Shown here in pieces: positions 11,631 through 20,620 of a stretch of 64,000 nucleotides of DNA (positions are counted from its first letter, which is position 1; every line of letters begins with the position of its first letter). A model generated the notes under the pieces. That model worked only from the letters and a program-made list of their open reading frames with translations. It made no database searches and was not told the DNA's origin. Origin of the DNA: an uncultured Pseudomonadota bacterium. Lineage in GTDB: Bacteria > Pseudomonadota > Alphaproteobacteria > RF32 > CAG-239. The position numbers were made by a program, and so were the translations under genes. The stretch is taken from positions 150,032 to 214,031 of the forward strand of contig CADCCF010000004.1 in assembly GCA_902799835.1 (NCBI GenBank), written 5' to 3'.

Positions 11631-11670
11631 AAAACCCCGTATGTTTGAAGAAATCAAACAACGGGGTTTT
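11631..11670. terminator. Bidirectional rho-independent terminator
   Basis: AAAACCCCGT...ACGGGGTTTT hairpin flanked by A and T runs, between convergent flgE and the SPFH gene. Confidence 0.6.
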
Positions 11671-11677
11671 AACATTT

Positions 11678-12373
11678 CTAGAGTTCATGCAAACCTTGGT
11701 CAACCACCTCTTCTAATGTCGGATAGTGGGATTTTTTGCCGGATTTTGCACTAGGTTGTGGAGCTTTTTCACCTTCAATCTGTTTTTGTAGATTGGCGAC
11801 ATAGGTTTTGCCATAAGCGTCTTGGATTTCAACTATCTCAAAATCATTCAACTCAACTCCTAGTCTTGTAAAGTCGGAGCGTTTTTCAAGCATGGCATCC
11901 TTTTTGATGACTTCACTGATGCCGGACTTGATCAGATCTTTCAGCTTCATTTCAAGACAGGCATTGCATGCAACCATTTTGACATATGATTCCAACAGCG
12001 CCATAGTGTCATGTTTGAACAGCTCCTCACTATCATTAAGGAAGAAAAATGCTTCCACCTTAACTTTAATTTTGACTAATGATGAACCGAACTGACTTAA
12101 GACAAAACAGTCGTCAACTGCCACCTTAAATCTGTTATCATCCCCTTGCAGAACGATAATCTGATCATCCGGGTAACGCAAATATCGGTTACTCAGTTCA
12201 CGCTGACCATACCAATAGATGGAACCATCACGACGAACCAAATGTGTCTCGCCATCCGGCACCGTAACTTCATAGCCAACCGGCTTTTTTCGTTTTTTAT
12301 CGGCACTATAAATTGCCAACACAATGAACATAACAATAGCCACGCAAGCTATTACTAAAATCGTTGTTCCCAT
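11678..12373 (-). CDS. Membrane-anchored SPFH (band 7/flotillin-like) domain protein, short native paralog
   Basis: N-terminal transmembrane segment, then an SPFH-like core that aligns with the N-terminal half of the adjacent flotillin. AT-rich like the host genome. Start taken at MGTTILV (12373); the upstream ORF-track extension overlaps the next gene. Confidence 0.55.
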   Translation of the reverse strand: MGTTILVIACVAIVMFIVLAIYSADKKRKKPVGYEVTVPDGETHLVRRDGSIYWYGQRELSNRYLRYPDDQIIVLQGDDNRFKVAVDDCFVLSQFGSSLVKIKVKVEAFFFLNDSEELFKHDTMALLESYVKMVACNACLEMKLKDLIKSGISEVIKKDAMLEKRSDFTRLGVELNDFEIVEIQDAYGKTYVANLQKQIEGEKAPQPSAKSGKKSHYPTLEEVVDQGLHEL

Positions 12374-12461
12374 AATAAATATTTTTGGATTAATAAATAA
12401 ATTAATGATAAAATTTGCTGTTATGATAACAATCAGTGCTTTTTTGTCAAGTTTAAATACC

Positions 12462-12498
12462 AAAAAACCGCTCTCTCTGAAAAGAGAGAACGGTTTTT
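12462..12498. repeat. 37-bp palindromic hairpin repeat, copy A (AAAAAACCGCTCTCTCTGAAAAGAGAGAACGGTTTTT)
   Basis: Identical to copy B at 14364..14401. Terminator-like hairpin with A and T flanks. Confidence 0.8.
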
Positions 12499-12515
12499 GT
12501 TGAGGAAATAAAGGT

Positions 12516-14078
12516 TTATTCCTCAGAAGGCTTCGGAGCTTCGGGTTTGGGAGCCTCGGGCTCAGACTTCGGGGTCGGAGCTTGTGCCTGCGGCTTTCCT
12601 TTTCCCAGCGAGGAAAGGAAACCGACAATGGCGGACACAGCGTCCTGACCGGCCTTGGTACCCGTGAAGGCCTCGAGAGCAGTTCCCAGAGCCAGACCTC
12701 CCTGAGCAGAGAACAGATCCATGACCTTGCTTACGCTGCCCTGGATACCCTCACCTGCACCGGAAATGATGCGGATGTTGGATCCATCGAGGTTCTTGGC
12801 CTGCTCAACACCGACGGCTTCACCGGCCTCAAGTTGACGGATGCCGAGAAGGTACCTCTGGTATCCCTCATTGGAGCCGATCTGCTCAGCCAGAGCGATG
12901 TCGCCGGCGACCTGAGCTTTGCGCATTTTTTCCTCGGCACCGGCCTTGGCTTCACCTTCGGCCTCGATACCCTTGGCGTTGTTAGTAGCCTGTGTCAGGT
13001 TACCTTCAGACACCAATTCAATACGCTTTTTCTCGGCCTCGGCTTGGAGTTCGACCTCCTTCTGCGCGGCCTCGGCGTTGATCACAGTCTTCTTACGAGC
13101 GGCTTCGGCGTCGATCTCCGTCTTTTGCTGGGCGGCTTCGGCGTCGATCTTGATCTTGTCTTTGTCGATCTCAGCCTTGCGGACGGTCTCCACCTGAATG
13201 ACATCCATTTCCTTCGTTTTGGTGGTCTTTTTCTCGTCCTGCACGGCCTGGTCGGCCTTCTGTTTGGCGACGCCAACCTCTTGCTCAACCTGCGCCTTTC
13301 TCATTCCGACCGTCTGGTCAGCGGCGGCTTGCTTCAGGTCGATCTCCTGCTGAGAAGCAATCTCCGCTTCCTTCGCCTCCTGCATATTCTTGGCGACGGT
13401 GACGCGTGACTCCTTCTCGATGACGGATTTCTTTTTCTTCATGATGTTGGCGATAACTTCCTCGCCGCTGGCATCACGGATGTCCATCAGCTCGATAGAC
13501 TTGACAGGTTCAACACCCCAAGCCTTGAGCTGCTCACTGACTTCGTCAGTGAAAACCTTGCCGTATTTGGAGCGTTCGCCCATAATGCTCTCCAAGTCCT
13601 CCTTAGCGAGGATGGTACGGGCGGCACCACGGCAGATGTCGAGGAGTTGCTCGCGAAGTTCTTTGTCACTTTCCACGCGCTCGGCCGCCATCTTAAAGTC
13701 ACAGATCCGGAAGAAGGCTTTCACATCAACCACAAAGGGCAAGCGATCCTTGTCATAGGCGTCGTATCCTTTGATGTCGATGTCGAAAACCGCCAGAGAC
13801 AGTCGCGATATTGTGACACCGATTGCCGGCACCCATTCGGGCCAACGGTAGTAGGCATTGCCGCTCACCTCGTTGCCTTCCGGGATACTGGCTGATGCGC
13901 CGTAAATCAGGGTTTTTTTGCCTTGGCGCACAATGTGCACCTCGTTCGGCGACACCACAGTTCGCAGGCTGAACACCCAGCGCAACATCAGAAACAGAAC
14001 AACTGCTACCAAAACTGCTACGCCAATCCAAATATAAGTCATAACGCTCATATATTTATTTTTTTTTATTAGCTGCAA
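12516..14078 (-). CDS. Flotillin (SPFH domain plus coiled-coil EA-repeat region); GC-rich, probably horizontally acquired
   Basis: N-terminal membrane anchor and SPFH domain. Repeated IDAEAAQQK coiled-coil flotillin region. PE/PK-rich tail. GC near 60% with GCC/CTG/GAG codons, unlike neighbouring genes. Confidence 0.8.
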   Translation of the reverse strand: MQLIKKNKYMSVMTYIWIGVAVLVAVVLFLMLRWVFSLRTVVSPNEVHIVRQGKKTLIYGASASIPEGNEVSGNAYYRWPEWVPAIGVTISRLSLAVFDIDIKGYDAYDKDRLPFVVDVKAFFRICDFKMAAERVESDKELREQLLDICRGAARTILAKEDLESIMGERSKYGKVFTDEVSEQLKAWGVEPVKSIELMDIRDASGEEVIANIMKKKKSVIEKESRVTVAKNMQEAKEAEIASQQEIDLKQAAADQTVGMRKAQVEQEVGVAKQKADQAVQDEKKTTKTKEMDVIQVETVRKAEIDKDKIKIDAEAAQQKTEIDAEAARKKTVINAEAAQKEVELQAEAEKKRIELVSEGNLTQATNNAKGIEAEGEAKAGAEEKMRKAQVAGDIALAEQIGSNEGYQRYLLGIRQLEAGEAVGVEQAKNLDGSNIRIISGAGEGIQGSVSKVMDLFSAQGGLALGTALEAFTGTKAGQDAVSAIVGFLSSLGKGKPQAQAPTPKSEPEAPKPEAPKPSEE

Positions 14079-14363
14079 ACAAACTTCCTAGCTTACTTTA
14101 TGTCTCATCATTAAAATATCGAAGTTTTACTTTGGTCCCTAGGGCGCGTAGCTCTAAACTGTAAACAACAGCGGGCGGCTCGTGGATTAACAAGCTCTTT
14201 ACTTCCATAATTTTAAGACTACCGACATATTTCTAACTAACAAATTCATCTGCACCTTTTGTTAATAATTCTCTTAATCCCTATAAACAATAACACTATA
14301 CCACTTTTTGCCTACCCTGTCAAGCGGGTTTTATACAAAATTTTAAAAAATATACTAAAATAT

Positions 14364-14401
14364 AAAAAACCGCTCTCTCTGAAAAGAGAGAACGGTTTTT
14401 T
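14364..14401. repeat. 37-bp palindromic hairpin repeat, copy B
   Basis: Identical to 12462..12498. Together the two copies bracket the GC-rich flotillin segment. Confidence 0.8.
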
Positions 14402-14425
14402 CAAGCTTTCGACTCGCTATCTTTT

Positions 14426-14737
14426 TTAGAAAGCGTTCTTGAGATTATCCAAACTCTTTTTCATATTCTCAACGGCTTTTTCATCTTCGGCTTTTTTGGC
14501 TTCGGCAGCATCATCAGCCTCTGCCTTTTTGGCTTCTACTTGAGCTTTGGTTTCTTCAACTTTAGCCTTAGCCTCATCAACTTGAGCATTAACTCCGGCC
14601 TTAGATTCTTCAACTTTTACAGCCAAATCATCAGCAGCTTTTGCCACAGCATTAGCGGCAGCAGCGATATCTGTTTGAGCATTTGCCGCAAAGGCAACTG
14701 ATGTCAACAAAGTCGCAAGAGCGAATAACTTTTTCAT
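14426..14737 (-). CDS. Secreted Ala/Lys/Glu-rich helical protein (hypothetical)
   Basis: Signal peptide MKKLFALATLLTSVAFAANA, followed by low-complexity AKAEV repeats. Confidence 0.4.
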   Translation of the reverse strand: MKKLFALATLLTSVAFAANAQTDIAAAANAVAKAADDLAVKVEESKAGVNAQVDEAKAKVEETKAQVEAKKAEADDAAEAKKAEDEKAVENMKKSLDNLKNAF

Positions 14738-14854
14738 TTTATACATCTCCTCATAGATTGATTAAACACGACGCAGTGTAATCGCAATTTATTCTTATGA
14801 CAATCACAATAAAAATTTTCTCAACAAAAAACAAAAGGTCGGATTGCTCCGACC

Positions 14855-15271
14855 TTAATCAATGTCAATTTCAACTTCACCAAGGCGATAGCTTATATCC
14901 TCGCCAAGCATGGCTTGTAAATCTTCTTCAAAATCATGCCATTGCTCCAAAGGGTATCGCCACCCCTTTTCGATGATTATATCATCTATTGCCAGGTGGA
15001 TAGCTCTTAGTTGATTTGGGTTTGCATAGTAGGATATAACTACTTGCTTGACACTGTCACAATCAAAGTACACAAAGTCTTTGATTGTACTGTCAACCTC
15101 AAATGAGTAGTACCCTACTTGACCATAAGCCCCGAACTCCCAATCTTCCAGTGCCGGAGCTTCAATCGTTTGGTTGTCAACTGTATAGTCACCTTCCCGT
15201 AAAGCTGAATTTTTTTGATGATTACATGCGGCCAGTAAAAACAGTAGTGCCGCTAAGATCAATTTTTTCAT
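14855..15271 (-). CDS. Lipoprotein (hypothetical)
   Basis: Lipobox LLAAC after signal peptide MKKLILAALLF. Terminator hairpin downstream (14820-14850). Confidence 0.5.
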   Translation of the reverse strand: MKKLILAALLFLLAACNHQKNSALREGDYTVDNQTIEAPALEDWEFGAYGQVGYYSFEVDSTIKDFVYFDCDSVKQVVISYYANPNQLRAIHLAIDDIIIEKGWRYPLEQWHDFEEDLQAMLGEDISYRLGEVEIDID

Positions 15272-15447
15272 ATCTCAATAATTTTTTTGTACCTCAAATA
15301 TACTACTTTTACCTCTATCCGTCAACCATTTTTTAGACAAAAACATCTTTTTTGCAACTGTCAATATTTATTCTTTTTTACTGGATTTTGTTCAAGTTTG
15401 CTTATATATTGCGGGCAGACTAATTTTTTAACAAAAGGAAAATATAG

Positions 15448-18400
15448 ATGTCTGATGTAAAAATGAAAATGATGGACGGCAATGAGGCCGCCGCTTCTGT
15501 TGCTCACCGCATGAATGAGGTTTGCGTAATCTATCCGATTACTCCTTCTTCACCGATGGGCGAATGGGCTGATGCTTGGTCAGCTGCCAACCAAAAGAAC
15601 CTTTGGGGTGTTGTTCCCAATGTTCAAGAAATGCAATCTGAAGCCGGTGCCGCCGGTGCTTGCCATGGCTCTATTCAAGCCGGTGCTTTGACCACCACCT
15701 TTACCGCTTCGCAAGGCTTACTCTTGATGATACCCAATATGTACAAGATTGCCGGTGAATTAAGCCCGTTTGTTATGCATGTTGCCGCACGCTCTTTGTC
15801 ATATCACGCCTTGTCGATTTTCGGCGATCACTCAGATGTTATGGCTTGTCGTCAAACCGGTTTTGCCATGCTCTGCTCCAACTCAGTACAAGAAGCTCAC
15901 GATATGGCCGCCATTGCTCAAACTTCGACTTTGCGTTCGCGCGTTCCATTTATGCATTTCTTTGATGGTTTCCGTACATCTCACGAAATCAAAAAGATTA
16001 AATTGCTTTCCGATGACGATTTGCGCGCCATGTTAGAAGGTGTTGATTTCTCATTCAATGCTAAAAACGCTTTGCGTCCGGAAGCTCCGGTTTTGCGCGG
16101 TACTGCTCAAAACCCTGATGTTTTCTTCCAAGGTCGTGAAGCCGGCAACAAATTCTATGCTCAGGTAGAACGTATCGTTCAAGAAGAGATGGATAAGTTC
16201 GCCAAGATTTCGGGACGCAAATACAATGTTGTTGATTATTGCGGTGCCCCCGATGCCGAACAAGTTATCGTAATCATGGGTTCCGGTGCCGAAACCGTTG
16301 AAGAAACCATCGAATATTTGAACAATAACGGCTACAAAGTCGGTTTGATGAAAGTTCATCTGTATCGTCCTTTCCCGGAGAAGTCTTTCTTAAAGGCTTT
16401 GCCTAAGTCGGTTAAAGTTGTCAACGTTCTTGACAGAACCAAGGAATCCGGCTCTATCGGTGAACCTTTGTATTTGGATGTTGTTGCTACCTTGAGCCAA
16501 GCTTTTGCTAAAGGCGAGATTGCTTTCTGCCCGCGCATCTATGGCGGTCGTTATGGCTTGTCATCCAAAGAATTTACTCCGGGTATGGTTCGCGCCGTTT
16601 ATGACAATGGTGCCAGCATGAACCCGATTAACAGTTTCTCTGTTGGTATCAATGATGATGTTAACAATACTTCTTTACCTTATTCTGATGATATTGACAC
16701 CGAAGGCAAAGATGTTGTTCGCGCTGTATTTTATGGATTGGGTGCCGATGGTACGGTTGGTGCTAACAAAAACTCAATTAAGATTATTGCTGAAGATGCC
16801 GGCAAATATGGTCAAGGCTATTTTGTTTACGATTCTCGTAAATCAGGCTCTATGACCACTTCACACTTGCGTTTTTCCGATAATCCTATTCGTGCAGCTT
16901 ATCAAATTAACAAAGCTGACTTTGTTGCTTGTCACCAATTCCCGTTCATGGCTAAGGTTGATGTCTTGAAAATTGCCAAAAAGGGTGGCGTTTTCTTGCT
17001 CAACGCTCCTTATGCCGCTAATGAAGTTTGGGATCACTTAACCGCTGAAGTCCAACAAGAAATCATTGATAAAAAGTTGGAATTCTACACCATTAACGCG
17101 GTTGAAGTTGCTCGTGAAACCGGCATGGGACAACGCATTAACACTATTATGCAGGCTTGTTTCTTTGCCATTTCTAACATCTTGCCCAAAGATGAAGCTA
17201 TTGCCCAAATTAAGAATGCAATTAAGAAAACCTATTCTAAGAAGGGTGACGAGATTGTACAAAAGAACTATGCTGCGGTTGATGCTTCTTTGGCTCATAT
17301 GCACAAAGTTGATTATCCTAACGAGGTTACATCTAAACTGCATCGTTTGGCTCCGGTTCCGGCTAATGCTCCGGAATTCGTTCAAAAAGTTACTGCCGAA
17401 ATTATTGCCGACCGTGGTAATGAATTGCCGGTATCTGCTTTCAACGATGTTGTTGACGGAACTTGGCCGACCGGTACAACCAAATATGAAAAACGTTGTA
17501 TCGCTACCGAAATTCCGGTTTGGGATAATGAGACTTGTATCCAATGCGGCAAGTGCTCGATTGTTTGCCCGCATGGCGTTATCAGAATGAAGGTTGCATC
17601 AGATGAAGATTTGAAGAATGCCCCGGCTACCTTAAAATCTGCCGCTTATAAAGGTAAAGAATTTGAAGGCAAGAAATTTATTTTGCAAATTTCACCTGAA
17701 GATTGCACCGGATGCGGTATCTGCGTTTCGGCCTGCCCTGCCAAAAACAAGGCTAACCCCGAATTGCACGCTATCAATATGGATCATATTGAAAATCACT
17801 TGGAAGCTGAAAAAGCCAACTGGAACTTCTTTGAGACTTTGCCTTATGTAAAGCGCACCGAAGTTTCCAAGAATTTGCCCAAGACCACCCAAATGATTCA
17901 ACCTTTGTTTGAGTTCTCGGGTGCTTGCGCCGGCTGCGGTGAGACTCCTTACATCAAATTGCTCACCCAGTTGTTTGGTGATCGTATGATGGTTGCCAAT
18001 GCTACCGGTTGTACTTCCATTTATTCCGGCAACTTGCCGACCACGCCTTATGCCAAGGACGAAAAAGGTCATGGTCCGGCTTGGTCAAACTCTTTGTTTG
18101 AAGACAATGCCGAATTTGGTTTGGGTATGCGTTTCTCGGTTGACCAGCAAACTTCTTTTGCCAAAGCCTTGCTTGAAGGTTTGAAAGACAAAGTTGGTGC
18201 TGATTTGGCTGATAAATTGTTGAACAACCCGCAAAAGACCGATGCTGAGATTGATGAACAACGCGATTTGGTAGCTCAGTTGCGCACCAAACTCTCCGGC
18301 ATCAAATCTGATGAAGCCAAACATCTCGATAAATTGGCTGATTATCTGATTAAGAAGTCAGTTTGGATTATCGGCGGTGACGGTTGGGCTTATGATATCG

Positions 18401-19008
18401 GTTTCGGCGGTTTGGATCACGCTATTGCATCGGGTAAAAACATCAACATCTTGGTACTTGATACCGGCGTTTATTCCAACACCGGCGGTCAACAATCCAA
18501 GGCTACCCCGATGGGTGCTTCGGCCAAATTTGCCACAGCCGGTAAATCTTTGCCTAAGAAAGATTTGGGCATGATTGCCATGTCTTATGGCAATGTTTAT
18601 GTTGCTCAAGTTTCAATGGGAGCTAACGATAGCCAAGTTATCAAAGCTATGAACGAAGCTGAGGCTTATGATGGACCTTCTATCATTATTGCCTATGCTC
18701 ACTGTATTGCTCAAGGCTTCAACCTGGCTGATGGTTTGACTCACCAAAAAGCCGCTGTTGAAACCGGATCTTGGCCGTTGTATCGATATAATCCGGAGAA
18801 TATTAAAGAGGGTAAAGCTCCTTTGACATTGGATTCAAAGGCTCCTTCCCGTCCGTTGTCTGACTATATGGCTAATGAAACTCGTTTCCAAGTAGTCAAC
18901 AAACAGAATCCGGAACGTTACACAACCTTGCTCAACAAGGCTCAAGAGAATGTTAAGGAAAAACGTTCTCTCTTAGAACATATGTCCGAGTTCAAAGTAG
19001 CTGAATAA
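15448..19008 (+). CDS. nifJ: Pyruvate:ferredoxin (flavodoxin) oxidoreductase, PFOR/NifJ
   Basis: 1186 aa. Two 4Fe-4S ferredoxin motifs (CIQCGKCSIVCP, CTGCGICVSACP). TPP-binding GGDGWAYDIGFGGLDH. Ribosome-binding site AAAGGAAA. Confidence 0.9.
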   Translation: MSDVKMKMMDGNEAAASVAHRMNEVCVIYPITPSSPMGEWADAWSAANQKNLWGVVPNVQEMQSEAGAAGACHGSIQAGALTTTFTASQGLLLMIPNMYKIAGELSPFVMHVAARSLSYHALSIFGDHSDVMACRQTGFAMLCSNSVQEAHDMAAIAQTSTLRSRVPFMHFFDGFRTSHEIKKIKLLSDDDLRAMLEGVDFSFNAKNALRPEAPVLRGTAQNPDVFFQGREAGNKFYAQVERIVQEEMDKFAKISGRKYNVVDYCGAPDAEQVIVIMGSGAETVEETIEYLNNNGYKVGLMKVHLYRPFPEKSFLKALPKSVKVVNVLDRTKESGSIGEPLYLDVVATLSQAFAKGEIAFCPRIYGGRYGLSSKEFTPGMVRAVYDNGASMNPINSFSVGINDDVNNTSLPYSDDIDTEGKDVVRAVFYGLGADGTVGANKNSIKIIAEDAGKYGQGYFVYDSRKSGSMTTSHLRFSDNPIRAAYQINKADFVACHQFPFMAKVDVLKIAKKGGVFLLNAPYAANEVWDHLTAEVQQEIIDKKLEFYTINAVEVARETGMGQRINTIMQACFFAISNILPKDEAIAQIKNAIKKTYSKKGDEIVQKNYAAVDASLAHMHKVDYPNEVTSKLHRLAPVPANAPEFVQKVTAEIIADRGNELPVSAFNDVVDGTWPTGTTKYEKRCIATEIPVWDNETCIQCGKCSIVCPHGVIRMKVASDEDLKNAPATLKSAAYKGKEFEGKKFILQISPEDCTGCGICVSACPAKNKANPELHAINMDHIENHLEAEKANWNFFETLPYVKRTEVSKNLPKTTQMIQPLFEFSGACAGCGETPYIKLLTQLFGDRMMVANATGCTSIYSGNLPTTPYAKDEKGHGPAWSNSLFEDNAEFGLGMRFSVDQQTSFAKALLEGLKDKVGADLADKLLNNPQKTDAEIDEQRDLVAQLRTKLSGIKSDEAKHLDKLADYLIKKSVWIIGGDGWAYDIGFGGLDHAIASGKNINILVLDTGVYSNTGGQQSKATPMGASAKFATAGKSLPKKDLGMIAMSYGNVYVAQVSMGANDSQVIKAMNEAEAYDGPSIIIAYAHCIAQGFNLADGLTHQKAAVETGSWPLYRYNPENIKEGKAPLTLDSKAPSRPLSDYMANETRFQVVNKQNPERYTTLLNKAQENVKEKRSLLEHMSEFKVAE

Positions 19009-19024
19009 TATTTCAGCTTAACCT

Positions 19025-19060
19025 TAAAAAAACCTCAAGTCTTCGGACTTGAGGTTTTTT
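19025..19060 (+). terminator. Rho-independent terminator after nifJ
   Basis: AAAAAAACCTCAAGTCTTCGGACTTGAGGTTTTTT. Confidence 0.7.
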
Positions 19061-19120
19061 ATTGACAAAATATTGTTTTCGTCTAAGATACAAGCAGAAA
19101 AAAATTAAAAAAATATAATT

Positions 19121-19786
19121 ATGGATGACAATTGCTTAAAAAATGTGTCAAGTCAATGCTGGTTTTGCTCATACAATGAAGCGGCCAAAAGTCTTGGTCT
19201 AGATTCACCTATTCGTTTGGGGCACCTGGATGTAGAGGGAAAGCATGAGTATTTTTGGTATAATAATGACAGTTGCGCTCCGGTTTTTCGCAATACTGAC
19301 TTGCGTATAATAGTTTTTATGCGCTTCTTACCATTAACGCAAATTCTTCCCGGCAGCTTTTTTCCTCGTGGAAGCAAAATTTATTACTATGATGATGAAA
19401 ATTTGACAATTTATCAAATTGCTAATTTTCTCAACATTGAAACTGTAAGAATTTTTGCCAATTTATCGAACTTAAGAGCTAAGCAGGCATACCCTGCAAC
19501 CATAAAGGCTAAGAACGGTAACGATATTCCCATCTGGATGCTGGAACCGCTGATTGAAGAAGGCGAAGAATGGAAAGCATCGCAACAGCCCGTCAAATAC
19601 ATCAACATCTTTGAAGAAGATGAAGAATATGATTTGTCAGCGATAACACCGCAACAAATTAAGATATTGGGCAAAGGTGATTATGTTATTCATGGCGAAG
19701 ATCTTTATCAAGTTGAACTAAACCCGCTTTATGGATTAGGCTTGACCAAACAAGAAATTGACATTGATTCCCTGCTTAAAAGTTAA
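19121..19786 (+). CDS. Hypothetical protein, no recognisable domain (221 aa)
   Basis: Long ORF with host-like AT-rich composition. Cys-rich N-terminus (CWFCSYNE). Confidence 0.4.
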   Translation: MDDNCLKNVSSQCWFCSYNEAAKSLGLDSPIRLGHLDVEGKHEYFWYNNDSCAPVFRNTDLRIIVFMRFLPLTQILPGSFFPRGSKIYYYDDENLTIYQIANFLNIETVRIFANLSNLRAKQAYPATIKAKNGNDIPIWMLEPLIEEGEEWKASQQPVKYINIFEEDEEYDLSAITPQQIKILGKGDYVIHGEDLYQVELNPLYGLGLTKQEIDIDSLLKS

Positions 19787-19873
19787 GCCGGGAATTTTTT
19801 TATTTGACTTTTTATATTTTTTGTCTAGTATTAAATGCACAAAAAATTACTTACAAATTAAAAACCAACAAAG

Positions 19874-20524
19874 ATGAAGAAAGAATTTTTAAAGGTGGCC
19901 AGTGATATTTGTATCGCCGCCACAGCCGAAAAAGCTGCAGAGCTCATGAGTTGCCCGGTCGATGAGATTGCTTTTGCCAGAGCAATCAACAACCAGAAAA
20001 TCGGTTTTTGCTGGGTTAAAATCGGAGCTGACAAAAAGCCCTTGAGCTATCAACCCTCTTTCGAAAATAACATCTTCGAAGAGGATTGTAAAATTAGCAA
20101 ACTAAGGCTGAGAACGATCAGCAAAGACACTTACTTTGTCAAGGATGGCAACTTCTGCTATTATAATCAGCAGGAAAAAGTCATCTTTAAGGTGGATGTC
20201 ATTTCGTCGGGGCGAGTGGCTACTGAAAGAGCCCTTTTAGCCGGAATTGCGGCGCAGACTGTGTCCCTCGCCAACATCAAAAAGAAAGGTGTTGTCGGCA
20301 AACCCTCTCCACTTTATGTGTGGGTAGTAAGAGACACTTTAGGAAGAAGTTCACTTTTTCCGGTGTTTGCCGAAGATGCTCACCGTCTGGTGGACGACAG
20401 TGGCAATCCTTTGCCCAAAAACATTTTAGAGGCTCATTATCTTGAGCAAGGGCAAAGTGTGCGAAAGCACGGCGAGCTCTATCCAGTTATGTTAGACCCG
20501 GTCAAAGGATTCTATCTAACCTGA
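19874..20524 (+). CDS. Hypothetical protein, no recognisable domain (216 aa), moderately raised GC
   Basis: Long ORF followed by a strong terminator. No family recognised. Confidence 0.4.
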   Translation: MKKEFLKVASDICIAATAEKAAELMSCPVDEIAFARAINNQKIGFCWVKIGADKKPLSYQPSFENNIFEEDCKISKLRLRTISKDTYFVKDGNFCYYNQQEKVIFKVDVISSGRVATERALLAGIAAQTVSLANIKKKGVVGKPSPLYVWVVRDTLGRSSLFPVFAEDAHRLVDDSGNPLPKNILEAHYLEQGQSVRKHGELYPVMLDPVKGFYLT

Positions 20525-20526
20525 TC

Positions 20527-20563
20527 TAAAAAACTCCTCAAGCAAATGCTTGAGGAGTTTTTT
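20527..20563. terminator. Bidirectional terminator between convergent ORFs
   Basis: AAAAAACTCCTCAAGCAAATGCTTGAGGAGTTTTTT. A second hairpin CCCTCTTGCCTTTCGGTTTGAGGG lies at 20571-20606. Confidence 0.7.
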
Positions 20564-20620
20564 AAAACACCAAACCCTCTTGCCTTTCGGTTTGAGGGTT
20601 TTTGTGTTTATGCCTTTTTT

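Noticed and set aside
12582-13409. 275-aa plus-strand ORF (and several others, including 12919..13197 and 13390..13758) inside the flotillin gene
   Set aside because: Artefactual open frames produced by the high GC of the foreign flotillin segment. They lie antisense to a gene with clear SPFH/flotillin homology, and their translations are low-complexity (L/G/S-rich).
16051-18609. Multiple internal ORFs inside nifJ (for example 17038..17574 minus and 17066..17590 plus)
   Set aside because: Antisense or alternative-frame ORFs within a well-conserved 1186-aa PFOR gene. They are typical chance ORFs.
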